In this document: positions 33,101-43,278 of the stretch, one piece after another
Position numbering within the stretch: position 1 is the first letter of the stretch
Layout: each line of letters starts with the position of its first letter
From: Methanocaldococcus sp. 16A
Lineage (GTDB): Archaea; AGJL01; Methanococci; Methanococcales; Methanocaldococcaceae
Assembly (NCBI GenBank): GCA_049860595.1
Contig: CP187551.1
Direction: 5' to 3' (one strand)
DNA length: 64,000 bases
Position numbers and translations under genes: made by a program
Notes under the pieces: model-generated
The model's input: only the letters and a program-made list of their open reading frames with translations
What the model was told of the DNA's origin: nothing
The model's database searches: none

Positions 33101-33367
33101 TTAATAGGAGGACCTGTAGCTAACCCAGTAACTAAGAAATACATGTGGGCATTCCCAGTGAAAGTAACTAATGACTACCCAGGAAAGCATAAGGGAGTAA
33201 TCGAAAAGCAGATTATAAATGGACATTTAGTAATATTATTAGCAGGTTCAGATAGATGGGGAACAAAAGCGGCAATAGAATACTTCAAAATATTAGATGA
33301 AATTCCAGATGAACCTATATTTGTAGAGTGGAAAGATGGAAAAGCGATAAAGATTGAGAAACCTTAA
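27143..33367 (+). CDS. Giant secreted/S-layer-anchored protein (2074 aa) with CARDB, PKD and possible C25-like peptidase region
   Basis: Signal peptide; CARDB-like DLSIESI..IKNNG..EVNRSNN; PKD WDFGDG; Gly-rich linker; C-terminal ILIGGPVANP..LAGSDRWGT S-layer-type domain. Confidence 0.8.
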   Translation: MMKVGKYILFLIYLTLLCAGSVWGEDIYNLSSETFKFKYVFPLVYNPPIWGTDYYGSGLKIISLEQDTQILIDANFNGPDSSDPVYNISPGGRLYIGDFPDISNYQKIKWDKNPIIIYSNKPIIISFQYDTQDWGDYDDAYITYAAPQPGTKLIGVNVKSLYITPTEKGTNVYINGKNMGYIEYGQVLNVNFSTPQTVVLTADSPIVAVSVNIDPSVRSRTYAFPLMPPMSGKFLIPNSIKNYAKDMNALSVDEYYVVLDSNGNIVMNQTLPSNPQVITLNNSEVFVFRTFYYQDPWGGNAPRYAMCAQAVKPAEYSTLYGEISPVNEHTVDTQLRFYAAGNVTVYKDYGADGSIDSVETLPAGSIYKFSCREDQPDKRIAIYVYGNISGYCIFGIGWSHQIEGAVERGSSPQLVVSQITNTPKKSVAILTIDKNNLNEDELNLKQTLEKYYDVDILDPSDYQKFSDYKVLYMREGSEPIEYNNATVIQSLKDAVRSGSTLITEAYGHYLIQYMGLGSVIISTYWPVVHDEWYYVMPCTTHPIFNGIPTWDNPVPPDKEEQLIFRIKPGTIPIVHVKIDGAQEIKAYILWTTYGWPYQSRTGLVNKTLCEMFPGACSSERSVIIRTIALDKNYDDGKIFAVVGLGSRSIKYLDKIGYVGELLRKNAVMYGLGNTTTTNITNENETRNSTISQQLIQIPKSAYIEALHEEVEDHVSFGWLRVALFNSTEMGIIPIGNTKLNIYFVLNTPYKQGTVKVYGSIITTDTKYNFTYSANVSSIYDATSGMYGITIHGLDNIKIPENPNLYGLGVLNLSIPDLGLKIVAPVYITPFELIPIDKYGIYVNETCNYINNTEPLFIRIKYIGSKKGWPAIISMPLYEQYLVYRSYNNSPIFAKELTWRLAKLELYGLTELTKKYPNANVIIVENDNCYKSTYSYFINNYIGTTGYYNYWKDEISNLVNNLIRRNVTIIVGTVPHPTCSYESYVTTRTYPVAYMSYSMAANGLSIYNGSWRAITISPSDSYINSKLKFLERKLTYIHREEEEISYPKDIHAPYLGAYWDENQKKEIVSLLTETSEDLENYINRYRMINISKNIIYDNIFSDKFYIYHIYNKYPYLSSDSLADNNTDTLQIRIYKPGQPVLKISPTAFEIKTNFNENILSPVLNVNESKNLVFNNSNAIFYLTPIGSKMVGKTLFGLISQDIKQSPGDAIVILSEVTKKVTILNNPVDVIYYEKMYTPTLYDDMICIGTPVYNFVAPIVKEAMIGKAIVEAPMSHGITLVTIPAIVLSMPDEIDFEQEMYYTSCWVSDINDLMIISDLQELNYPYYYKTIMNRKEKNILNVVREVLEFTEPYVDIVESSTDYIISYDMRRKPFWYITHKTPIKAKHIRGVLTPINVGAKIILAISDILHSYHNTIELGDFNRAQLTYFGYPDSNYDDPVNITPINVTPLPKQVNISISLEPNVTKIDNYTIIIAKDLKINVTPNISYENASYIDVYSSPYALPQIYFKIYALVNQSLTYLTINISNNETIKNVTLPIVGGYTVLKSDLYPVTPIYVRQFMTQENYSIIEIYVSPAIYNTSSKDVIFLKNIKLSLKTGSYKPHKLHVISYPNFIGLSNYPANITLKFFNDVRFTPGNITNITVSIHPGEAIICNIHNISINKLGEEYPNNTYYTTLTISPKNSVSEEKLTYINLSIKYNVQNDKKTMNYSIPVKLIPSNIIDLSIESINISNKMVVGETYLISAKIKNNGKYDMINIPIRLFFDLQKVDEVVIDRLNADEEKTIYLLLTPNHASEHNITVAVQAFSEEVNRSNNFITTSVKVFAKPVALFNYTPVNPTTSDTINFTDESYDLDGNITSWHWDFGDGTTSNVQNPTHKYTRPGRYVVTLTVTDNDGYNSSISKTIVVRAPSSHAHGSYYYGGGGGGGISRVGEKYPEVAHDIKSEKIKEIVHKAKLILGSEIDKDLSAKELKTEVELTKQPIDITEDCILIGGPVANPVTKKYMWAFPVKVTNDYPGKHKGVIEKQIINGHLVILLAGSDRWGTKAAIEYFKILDEIPDEPIFVEWKDGKAIKIEKP

Positions 33368-33454
33368 CCATTCTTATTTTTAATTAATTTTATTATTATT
33401 GAAACTTTATTATAAAATAAAAAATAGAAAACTATGAAAATTGAAAAATTTTAA

Positions 33455-34342
<888 letters not shown>

Positions 34343-34610
34343 TTATTTTCACCTTTAAGAATTTATACGGTTGTATTTAATATTTCCTTTATTTCTGATA
34401 CTGTTTTCATAATTTTACCAAAATTTTAAACTCTTTGGAAAATCATTTTTTCATTACTATTTTATATTTGTCTTTATTCCATTTTAAATAGTTAGTATTT
34501 TTATAAAAAATGGAACTCTATTTTAAGAGTAAAGTTTATATATTACTAAAATAATGGTAAATTACACTTGAAATTTTACAAAAAATAGAGTTCTATTTTG
34601 AGATGAAAAC

Positions 34611-35909
34611 ATGAGGAATCCAATAATAGATGTTGGAGCTAAGGAATTGAGTTATGAAATTAGAGAGATTGTAGATGTAGCTAAAAAAATAGAGGATTTT
34701 GGGATAAACATAACCTGGGAAAACATTGGAGACCCCGTGGCTAAAGGAGAAAAAATCCCAGATTGGATTAAAGATATTATAGCAGATATTGTTAAAAACG
34801 ATTTATCCTATGCATACTGCCCTACCAAAGGTTTATTAGAAACACGAGAATTTTTAGCTGAGCAAACAAATAAAAAAGGAAAAGTACAAATTACTGCTGA
34901 AGATATTATATTTTTTAATGGATTAGGAGATGCCATAGCAAAGATTTATGGTTTATTAAAAAGGCAAGTTAGAGTTATAAATCCTTCTCCTTCTTATTCA
35001 ACCCATTCTTCTGCAGAGGCTTCTCATGCAGGCTCTCCTCCAATAACTTACTTCTTAGACCCTTACAACTATTGGTATCCAGATATTGATGATTTGGAAA
35101 AGAGAATTAAATACAACCCAGCAGTTAGTGGAATTTTAGTTATAAATCCTGATAACCCAACAGGAGCTGTTTATCCAAAAAAAATATTAGATGAAATTGT
35201 TGATTTAGCTAATGAGTATGATTTATTTATAATATGTGATGAAATATACTGCAATTTAGTTTATAATGGCAAGAAACAGCACTTATTGTGTGAAGTTATA
35301 GATGATGTTTGCGGTTTATCATTAAAAGGTATATCTAAGGAAATTCCATGGCCTGGAGCAAGATGTGGATGGATTGAAATTTACAACGCTGATAAAGATG
35401 AAGAATTTAAAAAATATGTTGATAGTATCTATAGAGCTAAATTAATAGAAGTTTGTTCTACAACATTACCACAAATGGCTATTCCAAGAATAATGGGGCA
35501 TAGAAATTACAAAAAATATTTAGAGGAGAGAAATAAGTTTTTTGAAAAGAGATCTAACACTGCCTATAAAAAATTGAAGGATTTAGAAGGAGTTATAGCA
35601 AATAGAGCTAATGGAGCATTTTATATGTCTGTTGTGTTTGAAGATTCATATTTGAATGGAAATAATTCAATAAAAATAGAAAATGAGGAATTGAAAGAGT
35701 TTATAGAAAATCAAATAAAAAACGCAAACATTGATAAGAAGTTTGTTTATTACTTATTGGCTTCAACTGGAATTTGTGTAGTTCCTCTAACATCTTTCTG
35801 CTCTCAACTTAATGGGTTTAGAGTTACATTATTGGAAAGGGATGATGATAAATTTAATTGGATATTTGATACATTAGCTGAAAAAATAGAAGAATTTTTA
35901 AAGACCTAA
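34611..35909 (+). CDS. Class I/II PLP-dependent aminotransferase
   Basis: NIGDP, INPDNPTG, DEIY, GISKEIPWPGARCGW. Confidence 0.9.
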   Translation: MRNPIIDVGAKELSYEIREIVDVAKKIEDFGINITWENIGDPVAKGEKIPDWIKDIIADIVKNDLSYAYCPTKGLLETREFLAEQTNKKGKVQITAEDIIFFNGLGDAIAKIYGLLKRQVRVINPSPSYSTHSSAEASHAGSPPITYFLDPYNYWYPDIDDLEKRIKYNPAVSGILVINPDNPTGAVYPKKILDEIVDLANEYDLFIICDEIYCNLVYNGKKQHLLCEVIDDVCGLSLKGISKEIPWPGARCGWIEIYNADKDEEFKKYVDSIYRAKLIEVCSTTLPQMAIPRIMGHRNYKKYLEERNKFFEKRSNTAYKKLKDLEGVIANRANGAFYMSVVFEDSYLNGNNSIKIENEELKEFIENQIKNANIDKKFVYYLLASTGICVVPLTSFCSQLNGFRVTLLERDDDKFNWIFDTLAEKIEEFLKT

Positions 35910-36220
35910 TCTCTCAAATGTCTATAAAACCATGGCTCTTCATAATTCTTTAAATTTTTTACATAAGGGCAATCTTTTGGAAAAACTCCAGCTAAAATTC
36001 CCTCCATAACTGTTAAACATCCATGTTTAAATCTATCTTTATAAACTTTACACAACTTTGTTTCTGGGTCTAAATGCTCACAATATATTGTTTTAATTCC
36101 TTCTTCAGTTTTGTAAGCATGTAGTATACAACATCTTCCACATCTTTCGCATATTTCATCTGGAAACAACTCTTCACTTATTTTTATTGCTTTATCTTTT
36201 TTAAATCTCAATGTATGCAA
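35906..36220 (-). CDS. YkgJ family cysteine-cluster protein
   Basis: CERCGRCC...CEHL..CKVY pattern. Confidence 0.8.
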   Translation of the reverse strand: MHTLRFKKDKAIKISEELFPDEICERCGRCCILHAYKTEEGIKTIYCEHLDPETKLCKVYKDRFKHGCLTVMEGILAGVFPKDCPYVKNLKNYEEPWFYRHLRD

Positions 36221-36364
36221 ATTATCCCTCTTTAAATTATTGATAAAAATGTTTAAGATAGACTGTTAGAATGGGTATATAAATGTTTTGATAACAATTA
36301 TTAAATACTTCCTTTGTCTTAATTAGTTTTTAAATTTAAATAGAAGTTTTATTGAGGGATTTTT

Positions 36365-37648
36365 ATGTTCATGAGAGAAATTGAATTGAGAGGACATATT
36401 ATAGATAGCTTAATCTTACCAAAAGTTTTTGATAAAATATTAGATATGGGTGGAGATTATAAGGTTTTAGAGTTTGAAATCGGTAAAAGAAAAACAGACC
36501 CTAGTTATGCGAAGATATTGGTTATTGGAAAAGATGAGAGGCATGTGGATGAAATATTAAGTGAATTAAAGGATTTAGGTGCTGAAATTCCAGAGATTGA
36601 AGAAGTGGAATTACAACCAGCTGAGAAAGATATGGTTTTACCAGAGGGCTTTTATTCAACAACTAATCATAAGACATTCATTAGATTTAAAGGACAGTGG
36701 ATAGAGGTAGAGAATCAAAAAATGGATGGAGCTATTGTAGTCTATCCTGAAGAAATGAGGGCTGAAGTAAAAACAATTAGAAATATTAAAAAAGGAGATT
36801 TAGTTGTTGTTGGACATAAGGGTGTTAGAGTTATTCCACCAGAAAAACCAAGGGAAGCTGGGGGATTATTTGAATTTATGAAATCAGATGCGTCATCAGA
36901 AAAGCCAAAAGAAACAATTATTAGAAAGATAGCCAAAGAGATGTATGAAATTAGAGAAAAATATAGAAAGACGGGAAAAGGGGGAATAGTTGTTGTTGCA
37001 GGGCCTGCTATAATCCACACCGGGGCTGGATGGGCTTTAGCTAAGCTTATTAAAATGGGTTATGTTCAAGCACTATTTGCTGGAAATGCATTAGCTACTC
37101 ATGATATAGAAAGCGTTTTATATGGAACATCCTTAGGAGTAGATTTAAAGACAGGTAGGAGTGTTCCAGGAGGGCATAGCCATCATTTAAGAGCGATAAA
37201 TACAATAATGAGGGCTGGAAGTATAAGAGATGCTGTAGAGCAGGGAATTTTAAATAAAGGAGTTATGTACGAATGTATAAAAAATAATGTCCCTTATGTC
37301 TTAGCTGGAAGTATTAGGGATGATGGTCCATTACCAGATGTTATTACAGATGTCGTTAAAGCTCAAGAAAAAATGAGAGAACTTTTAAAAGGAAAGGATA
37401 TGGTCTTAATGCTTTCTACTATGCTACATTCAATAGCTACTGGAAATCTCCTCCCTTCATGGGTTAAAACTATCTGTGTTGATATAAATCCAGCAGTTGT
37501 AACAAAGTTGATGGATAGGGGAACATCCCAAGCCTTAGGGATAGTTACTGATGTTGGTGTCTTTTTACCAATGCTAATTGAAGAATTAGAAAAATTAGAG
37601 AAAGAAAATAAGAAAGAAAAAGAGAGAGGAGGAGATAATGAGAGTTGA
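36365..37648 (+). CDS. TIGR00300 family protein (LOR/SDH conserved region, ornithine cyclodeaminase-like)
   Basis: [44 protein letters not shown]. Confidence 0.82.
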   Translation: MFMREIELRGHIIDSLILPKVFDKILDMGGDYKVLEFEIGKRKTDPSYAKILVIGKDERHVDEILSELKDLGAEIPEIEEVELQPAEKDMVLPEGFYSTTNHKTFIRFKGQWIEVENQKMDGAIVVYPEEMRAEVKTIRNIKKGDLVVVGHKGVRVIPPEKPREAGGLFEFMKSDASSEKPKETIIRKIAKEMYEIREKYRKTGKGGIVVVAGPAIIHTGAGWALAKLIKMGYVQALFAGNALATHDIESVLYGTSLGVDLKTGRSVPGGHSHHLRAINTIMRAGSIRDAVEQGILNKGVMYECIKNNVPYVLAGSIRDDGPLPDVITDVVKAQEKMRELLKGKDMVLMLSTMLHSIATGNLLPSWVKTICVDINPAVVTKLMDRGTSQALGIVTDVGVFLPMLIEELEKLEKENKKEKERGGDNES

Positions 37649-38279
37649 ATATTCAAAAGATTTGATTAGGACAGGAATTTCTACAATATCTCAGCTAAAA
37701 AAAGCTAAAATTAAAGTAGAAAAAGTTGATAAAAAAATATCTTACAAAGATGCAAAGCCAGGAAAGATAGATGTTGAGGAATTTAAAAAGGCAGTTTATT
37801 TGTTGATTGAAGCTGATGATTTTCTATATAAAAAAGCTCCAAAACATGAATTGAATGAAGAAGAGGCAAAAGAATTCTGTAAATTAATTATAAAATGTCA
37901 AGAACATTTAAATAAGGTTCTATCTAACTTTGGGTTTGAGTTAGAGGAGAAAGAGATTAATGAAGAAGCATTATACATTGTCTCAAATAAAAAGTTATTT
38001 AAAAAGCTTAAAAATAAAAATCCTAATTTAAAGGTTGTATGTACTGAAGGGATGTTAGATATTGAAGATATGAGAGCTATAGGCATTCCAGAAAAGGCCT
38101 TAGAGGGATTAAAGAAAAAGGTTGAAATAGCAAGGAAGAATGTTGAAAGATTTATAGAAAAGTATAAACCAGAAAAAATTTTTGTTGTTGTTGAGGATGA
38201 TAAAGATGAGCTTTTATATTTAAGAGCTAAAAAATTATATAACGCTGAAAAGTTGAATGCTGATGAAATTTTAGATTAA
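37638..38279 (+). CDS. SepCysE transsulfursome scaffold (DUF2100)
   Basis: Sequence recognised from recall as the Methanocaldococcus SepCysE ([15 protein letters not shown]); partner pscS is also in the window. Confidence 0.72.
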   Translation: MRVEYSKDLIRTGISTISQLKKAKIKVEKVDKKISYKDAKPGKIDVEEFKKAVYLLIEADDFLYKKAPKHELNEEEAKEFCKLIIKCQEHLNKVLSNFGFELEEKEINEEALYIVSNKKLFKKLKNKNPNLKVVCTEGMLDIEDMRAIGIPEKALEGLKKKVEIARKNVERFIEKYKPEKIFVVVEDDKDELLYLRAKKLYNAEKLNADEILD

Positions 38280-38288
38280 TTTGGTGGA

Positions 38289-39224
38289 ATGATGAATTTG
38301 CAGAATGATATTATCGTGAGGGGAAAATCTTATGAGATGCCATTCTCAAAGGGTATTTTAGCGAGGTCACTAACTGCTGCTGGATTAAAACCAAGTATTG
38401 CCTATAGAATAGCTTGGGACATATATGAGATGCTAAAAAAGGAAAATATTAGAGTTATTGATAAAGCTGATTTGAGAAGGAGAGTTTATTACTATTTAAT
38501 TTCAAAAAATTATGATGAAGTTGCTAAGAAATATCTATTATGGAGAATGGTCTTAGGAAGAAGACCGATAGTTATTTTAATTGGTGGGGCAAGTGGAGTT
38601 GGAACTTCAACAATTGCATTTGAAATAGCTTCAAGATTAGGAATTCCAAGTGTTATTGGAACTGATTCTATAAGGGAAGTTATGAGAAAAGTTATATCAA
38701 GGGAATTAATTCCAACTCTTTATGAATCAAGTTATACAGCTTGGAAAGTATTGAGAGATGATGATGAAGAAAACAAATACATTAAAGGGTTTGAGAGACA
38801 TTCTGAAGCTGTATTGACTGGAGTAGAGGGGGTTATAGACAGATGTTTAGTTGAAGGGCAGAGTGTAATTATAGAGGGAACTCATCTAATACCAACACTT
38901 TTAAAGGATAAATATTTAGAGAACTCTCATGTTGTCTTTATTATGCTAACAATCTACAATGAAAAGTTACACAAAATGAGATTTTATGCAAGGGGTAGGG
39001 TTTCAAGCAGACCTACTGAGAGGTATTTAAAACACTTTAAAATCATTAGGATGATAAACGATTATATGGTTGAAACAGCAAAAAAGAAAGGAATACCTGT
39101 TGTAGAAAATATAAAGATTAGTGAAACAGTTGATATATGTTTAAATATAATCACTGAAAGATTGAAAACAATGATTGAATTGGAGGGTTTGAGTGAAGAA
39201 GATATGTTAGATGAAGATATCTAA
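38289..39224 (+). CDS. pgk2: 2-phosphoglycerate kinase
   Basis: ATP-cone PFSKGILARSL, GGASGVGTS P-loop, GTDSIREVMR, IEGTH. Confidence 0.9.
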   Translation: MMNLQNDIIVRGKSYEMPFSKGILARSLTAAGLKPSIAYRIAWDIYEMLKKENIRVIDKADLRRRVYYYLISKNYDEVAKKYLLWRMVLGRRPIVILIGGASGVGTSTIAFEIASRLGIPSVIGTDSIREVMRKVISRELIPTLYESSYTAWKVLRDDDEENKYIKGFERHSEAVLTGVEGVIDRCLVEGQSVIIEGTHLIPTLLKDKYLENSHVVFIMLTIYNEKLHKMRFYARGRVSSRPTERYLKHFKIIRMINDYMVETAKKKGIPVVENIKISETVDICLNIITERLKTMIELEGLSEEDMLDEDI

Positions 39225-39252
39225 TGAATAAATTTTTATTTTAATATTAAAG

Positions 39253-40686
39253 GTGGAAATGTTGGATGTTGTTAAGAAAAAAGATGTTGAAGGAATTTTT
39301 CATATTTTGGGGGGGATTATAAGTATTATTGGGTTTTTCACATTAGTTCCTTGTATTGTTGCTATATACTATAATGAAAATACTATTTTTGATTTTCTAA
39401 TACCTGGAATATTTTTTACTATTTTTGGATTTATATTAAAAAAGGTTACTACACCAAGAAATTTGAAATTACATCATACAATGATAGCTTCAGCATTATC
39501 TTGGTTAATTGCTTCACTTATAGGGGCTATTCCTCTTTATTTATCGATACCATATTTTTCTTATGTTGATGCCGTATATGAAAGCATGTCTGCTTGGACT
39601 ACAACTGGAATGACATTAATCCCTAATGTTGAGGTTTTGCCAAAATCAATTTTATTTTGGAGGAGTTTTCAGCAGTGGATTGGAGGAGTAGGGATATTGG
39701 TTTTATCAGCCCTTGTTTTAGCAAGGTCTGGAACTGTTGCTTATCTTTTATATACATCTGAAGCACGACAGGAAAGAATAATGCCAAGTGCCATAGGAAC
39801 AATAAAGACAATTGTATGGATTTATGTTTTATATACTATTTTAGGGGTTCTTTTGTTGTATTTAGCTGGTTTAAATTTTTGGGAAGCTTTAAATTTAACT
39901 ATGACTGGAATATGCACTGGAGGAATGAGTATAAGCAACTATAGCTTTCCATATAACGATTTTGCTAAGATTATTATGATTGGTATAATGATGATAGGTG
40001 GAGTTATATCTTTTTCTATCCACCACAAAATATTGACTGGGAAGTGCTTTAATGATATTCAAACAGTATATGCATTAATTGTGATAACAATAACCTCAAT
40101 TATTGTTTCAATAAAAGATAACGTTCCAATAATTGATTCTATCTTTACAGTAGTTTCAGCAATGACATCAACAGGATTTACAACTATAAACATTAGCAAT
40201 CTTTCAAATCTCTCTTTATTTTTAATCATCTTTTTAATGCTGGTTGGAGGAGGGGCTGGAACTACAACTGGAGGGGTTAAAATAATTAGATTTCTGGTTA
40301 TATTAAAGGCTCTTTGGTATGAAATAAAAGAAATTATCTATCCAAAATCTGCAGTAATTCATGAGCATCTTGATAATATTGATTTAAATTATAGCATAAT
40401 TAGAGAAGCATTTGTTGTATTCTTTTTATACAGTTTTTCTTCATTCTTAATGGCTTTAACATTTATATATTTAGGTTACAGCCCTTATGAAGCTATATTT
40501 GACGCTGTTTCTTTTACTTCAAATATAGGTATGTCTTTGGGGGTAGTTACTTTAAACACTCCAATAATTGGAAAAATAGCTGGAATTATAGCTATGTGGA
40601 TTGGTAGATTAGAGATTATCCCAGTGCTCGTTATGTTTGCCACTTTGTATTTAAAAGTTAGGAAAATTATTAAAAATAGAAATTAA
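39253..40686 (+). CDS. trkH: TrkH family potassium uptake protein
   Basis: SAWTTTG, QWIGGVG, TSTGF, GGVKIIR, GRLEI. Confidence 0.92.
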   Translation: MEMLDVVKKKDVEGIFHILGGIISIIGFFTLVPCIVAIYYNENTIFDFLIPGIFFTIFGFILKKVTTPRNLKLHHTMIASALSWLIASLIGAIPLYLSIPYFSYVDAVYESMSAWTTTGMTLIPNVEVLPKSILFWRSFQQWIGGVGILVLSALVLARSGTVAYLLYTSEARQERIMPSAIGTIKTIVWIYVLYTILGVLLLYLAGLNFWEALNLTMTGICTGGMSISNYSFPYNDFAKIIMIGIMMIGGVISFSIHHKILTGKCFNDIQTVYALIVITITSIIVSIKDNVPIIDSIFTVVSAMTSTGFTTINISNLSNLSLFLIIFLMLVGGGAGTTTGGVKIIRFLVILKALWYEIKEIIYPKSAVIHEHLDNIDLNYSIIREAFVVFFLYSFSSFLMALTFIYLGYSPYEAIFDAVSFTSNIGMSLGVVTLNTPIIGKIAGIIAMWIGRLEIIPVLVMFATLYLKVRKIIKNRN

Positions 40687-40758
40687 TGCTATTTTACTGC
40701 TATTTTTATAATATCTCTATATACTAACTGATTTTAACTATATATTTTATCTATCCTC

Positions 40759-42167
40759 GTTTTAATACCGAAACGGTCTGATTTTAATAAAAACTCGAGT
40801 ATGTAAAGTTTGGAGAGGATATAAAAAATGGTTTCCATACCGTATCGGTCTGATTTTAATCAAAAAAAGTTTTAAGATTTTTAAGAAACTCCCAAAGTTT
40901 CCATACCGTATCGGTCTGATTTTAATTGTTCCCATATCGTCATAAATTTTTATTTGTGTTGTGTTTCCATACCGTATCGGTCTGATTTTAATTTTAATCT
41001 ACGATATACAGTGGTTGGTAGGAATTACGTTTCCATACCGTATCGGTCTGATTTTAATTTACTACATTATTTCCAATTTTCCAAGATGGCTGTGTTTCCA
41101 TACCGTATCGGTCTGATTTTAATTATACCGTCCTCTGTTAAGAAAATTAACAATCCATCGTTTCCATACCGTATCGGTCTGATTTTAATATCACTTGTGC
41201 ATCATAATATTTTACTGAGGATGTGTTTCCATACCGTATCGGTCTGATTTTAATCTGAAACATATTCAAAGAAATCAGGAGTTTGTATAGATTGTTTCCA
41301 TACCGTATCGGTCTGATTTTAATTTGTTCAAACATCGACTAATAAGCATGTCCCAATTTGTTTCCATACCGTATCGGTCTGATTTTAATATGCAGAAAAG
41401 GCAGCGGAATATTATCAAAAAGCTATGTTTCCATACCGTATCGGTCTGATTTTAATCAGATGCCTCACTTTTTGATAATTGGGAAGATAAATGTTTCCAT
41501 ACCGTATCGGTCTGATTTTAATATATGATGACTTCTATATTATAGAACGAGGACAAAAAATGGTTTCCATACCGTATCGGTCTGATTTTAATCATCCTAA
41601 TCTCCTCAAAATCTCGTCAGCTATTTTTTCTTGTTTCCATACCGTATCGGTCTGATTTTAATCAGGTTTCATCTCTCCTGGAGCTGCTGGACAGGCTGTG
41701 TTTCCATACCGTATCGGTCTGATTTTAATTAATGATGCTTAAAGACTTACCACTTTCGAAATTTACAGGTTTCCATACCGTATCGGTCTGATTTTAATTG
41801 ACGATGAACTGTGTCATAATACTTTCTTTGATGATTTAGTTTCCATACCGTATCGGTCTGATTTTAATCATTTGATTTATATGATGTAACTTATGATGAA
41901 CAAGTTTCCATACCGTATCGGTCTGATTTTAATCACCCTTACTAACCCCTACTTCCTCCATCCAATCCTTGTTTCCATACCGTATCGGTCTGATTTTAAT
42001 TTATTTTATTTGTATTTTTAAATTTGCAACGATTTGCAAGTTTCCATACCGTATCGGTCTGATTTTAATTAATCGATGATATTACTAGTTTCCATACCGT
42101 ATCGGTCTGATTTTAATTATCAATCTAGCTATATTATGTTTCCATACCGTATCGGTCTGATTTTAAT
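40759..42167 (-). CRISPR. CRISPR array 1: 22 repeats ATTAAAATCAGACCGATACGGTATGGAAAC, 21 spacers
   Basis: 30-bp repeats counted by hand; degenerate distal repeat at 40759-40788; spacers 35-42 nt except 18 and 20 nt next to the leader. Confidence 0.97.
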
Positions 42168-42530
42168 AGGTAGCATTTTTTGAATTAAATGAAATTAAGC
42201 ATTATATAATCTTTATTTTATAGGGGGTATACTACAACCCCACAATTACTTGATTTTTTTATATACCTACGACTAATATAAATACTTCGTGGTATGTAAT
42301 AATTAGCATAATAAAAAGTTTTTAACTAAAAAATCAGATTATTTGTTGGAGAAATTTCAATTTAAAATTAATTATCTAAAATCACATAAAAATCTCACTA
42401 ATTTAATACATCCAAATAAATAAAATATTCAAAATATGCAATTATCTAAAATTAGCTAAAAACTCTTAAATCTAAAAAATAATCTATAAAAATCCTTTAA
42501 ATTAAAAATAAAAAACTTTTAGCGTGATAA
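42168..42530 (-). promoter_or_regulatory. CRISPR leader of array 1
   Basis: AT-rich, ~360 bp; reverse complement is homologous to 60531-60893. Confidence 0.88.
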
Positions 42531-42537
42531 CAAAAAT

Positions 42538-43095
42538 TTATTTTACACAGTTCTCAACAAAATACTTATAAACTCTATATCCATCTTCTGAAAGCTCTGG
42601 ATGGAAAGATAATGCCATATATTTCCCCTGCTTAACTCCTACTATTTTATCTCCATCCTTTGCTATAACTTCTACATCATCACTCAAAATCTTATCAACT
42701 ACTGGAGCTCTTATAAATACACCATAAACCTTTCCTAAATCTTTAAATTCAATCTCTTTTTCAAAGCTATCTACTTGCCTTCCATAAGCGTTTCTTTTAA
42801 CAGTGATATCCATCAATTCTAATAAAATTTGATTAAGCCCTGTTCCTTTTGATAATAAGACCATTCCAGCACATGTCCCTAATATTGGTAAATTAGAGTT
42901 TTTTATTTTTTCTAATAATCCATACTTTTTCATTAATTTACCTATAGTTGTGCTTTCTCCTCCTGGAATTATTAAAGCATCTATTCCTTTTAAATCTTCA
43001 GCTCTTTTAACTTTCTTTGCCTCATAACCAGCTTTTTTAACAGCCTCTTCATGCTCTTCAACATCTCCCTGAATTGCTAAAACTCCTATAATCAT
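42538..43095 (-). CDS. pdxT: PLP synthase glutaminase subunit
   Basis: GVLAIQG, PGGESTT, GTCAG, RNAYGRQ, FIRAP, FHPEL. Confidence 0.95.
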   Translation of the reverse strand: MIIGVLAIQGDVEEHEEAVKKAGYEAKKVKRAEDLKGIDALIIPGGESTTIGKLMKKYGLLEKIKNSNLPILGTCAGMVLLSKGTGLNQILLELMDITVKRNAYGRQVDSFEKEIEFKDLGKVYGVFIRAPVVDKILSDDVEVIAKDGDKIVGVKQGKYMALSFHPELSEDGYRVYKYFVENCVK

Positions 43096-43278
43096 ATTTA
43101 TCCTCTCATTTTTTAGTTGATATATAGGTAGTGTTATTAAAATCTATAATATACTATATTGCTTTTATTTTTAATGTGTAAAACGGAAAAATATATTTTT
43201 GAATTTAAATATTTATATAATCTTTATATATTCAATTTTTAAAAACTTATTTTTCAATTTAGAAAATTTTTTATCAAA

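Noticed and set aside
40954-41335. ORFs within CRISPR array 1
   Set aside because: Translations of repeats and spacers.
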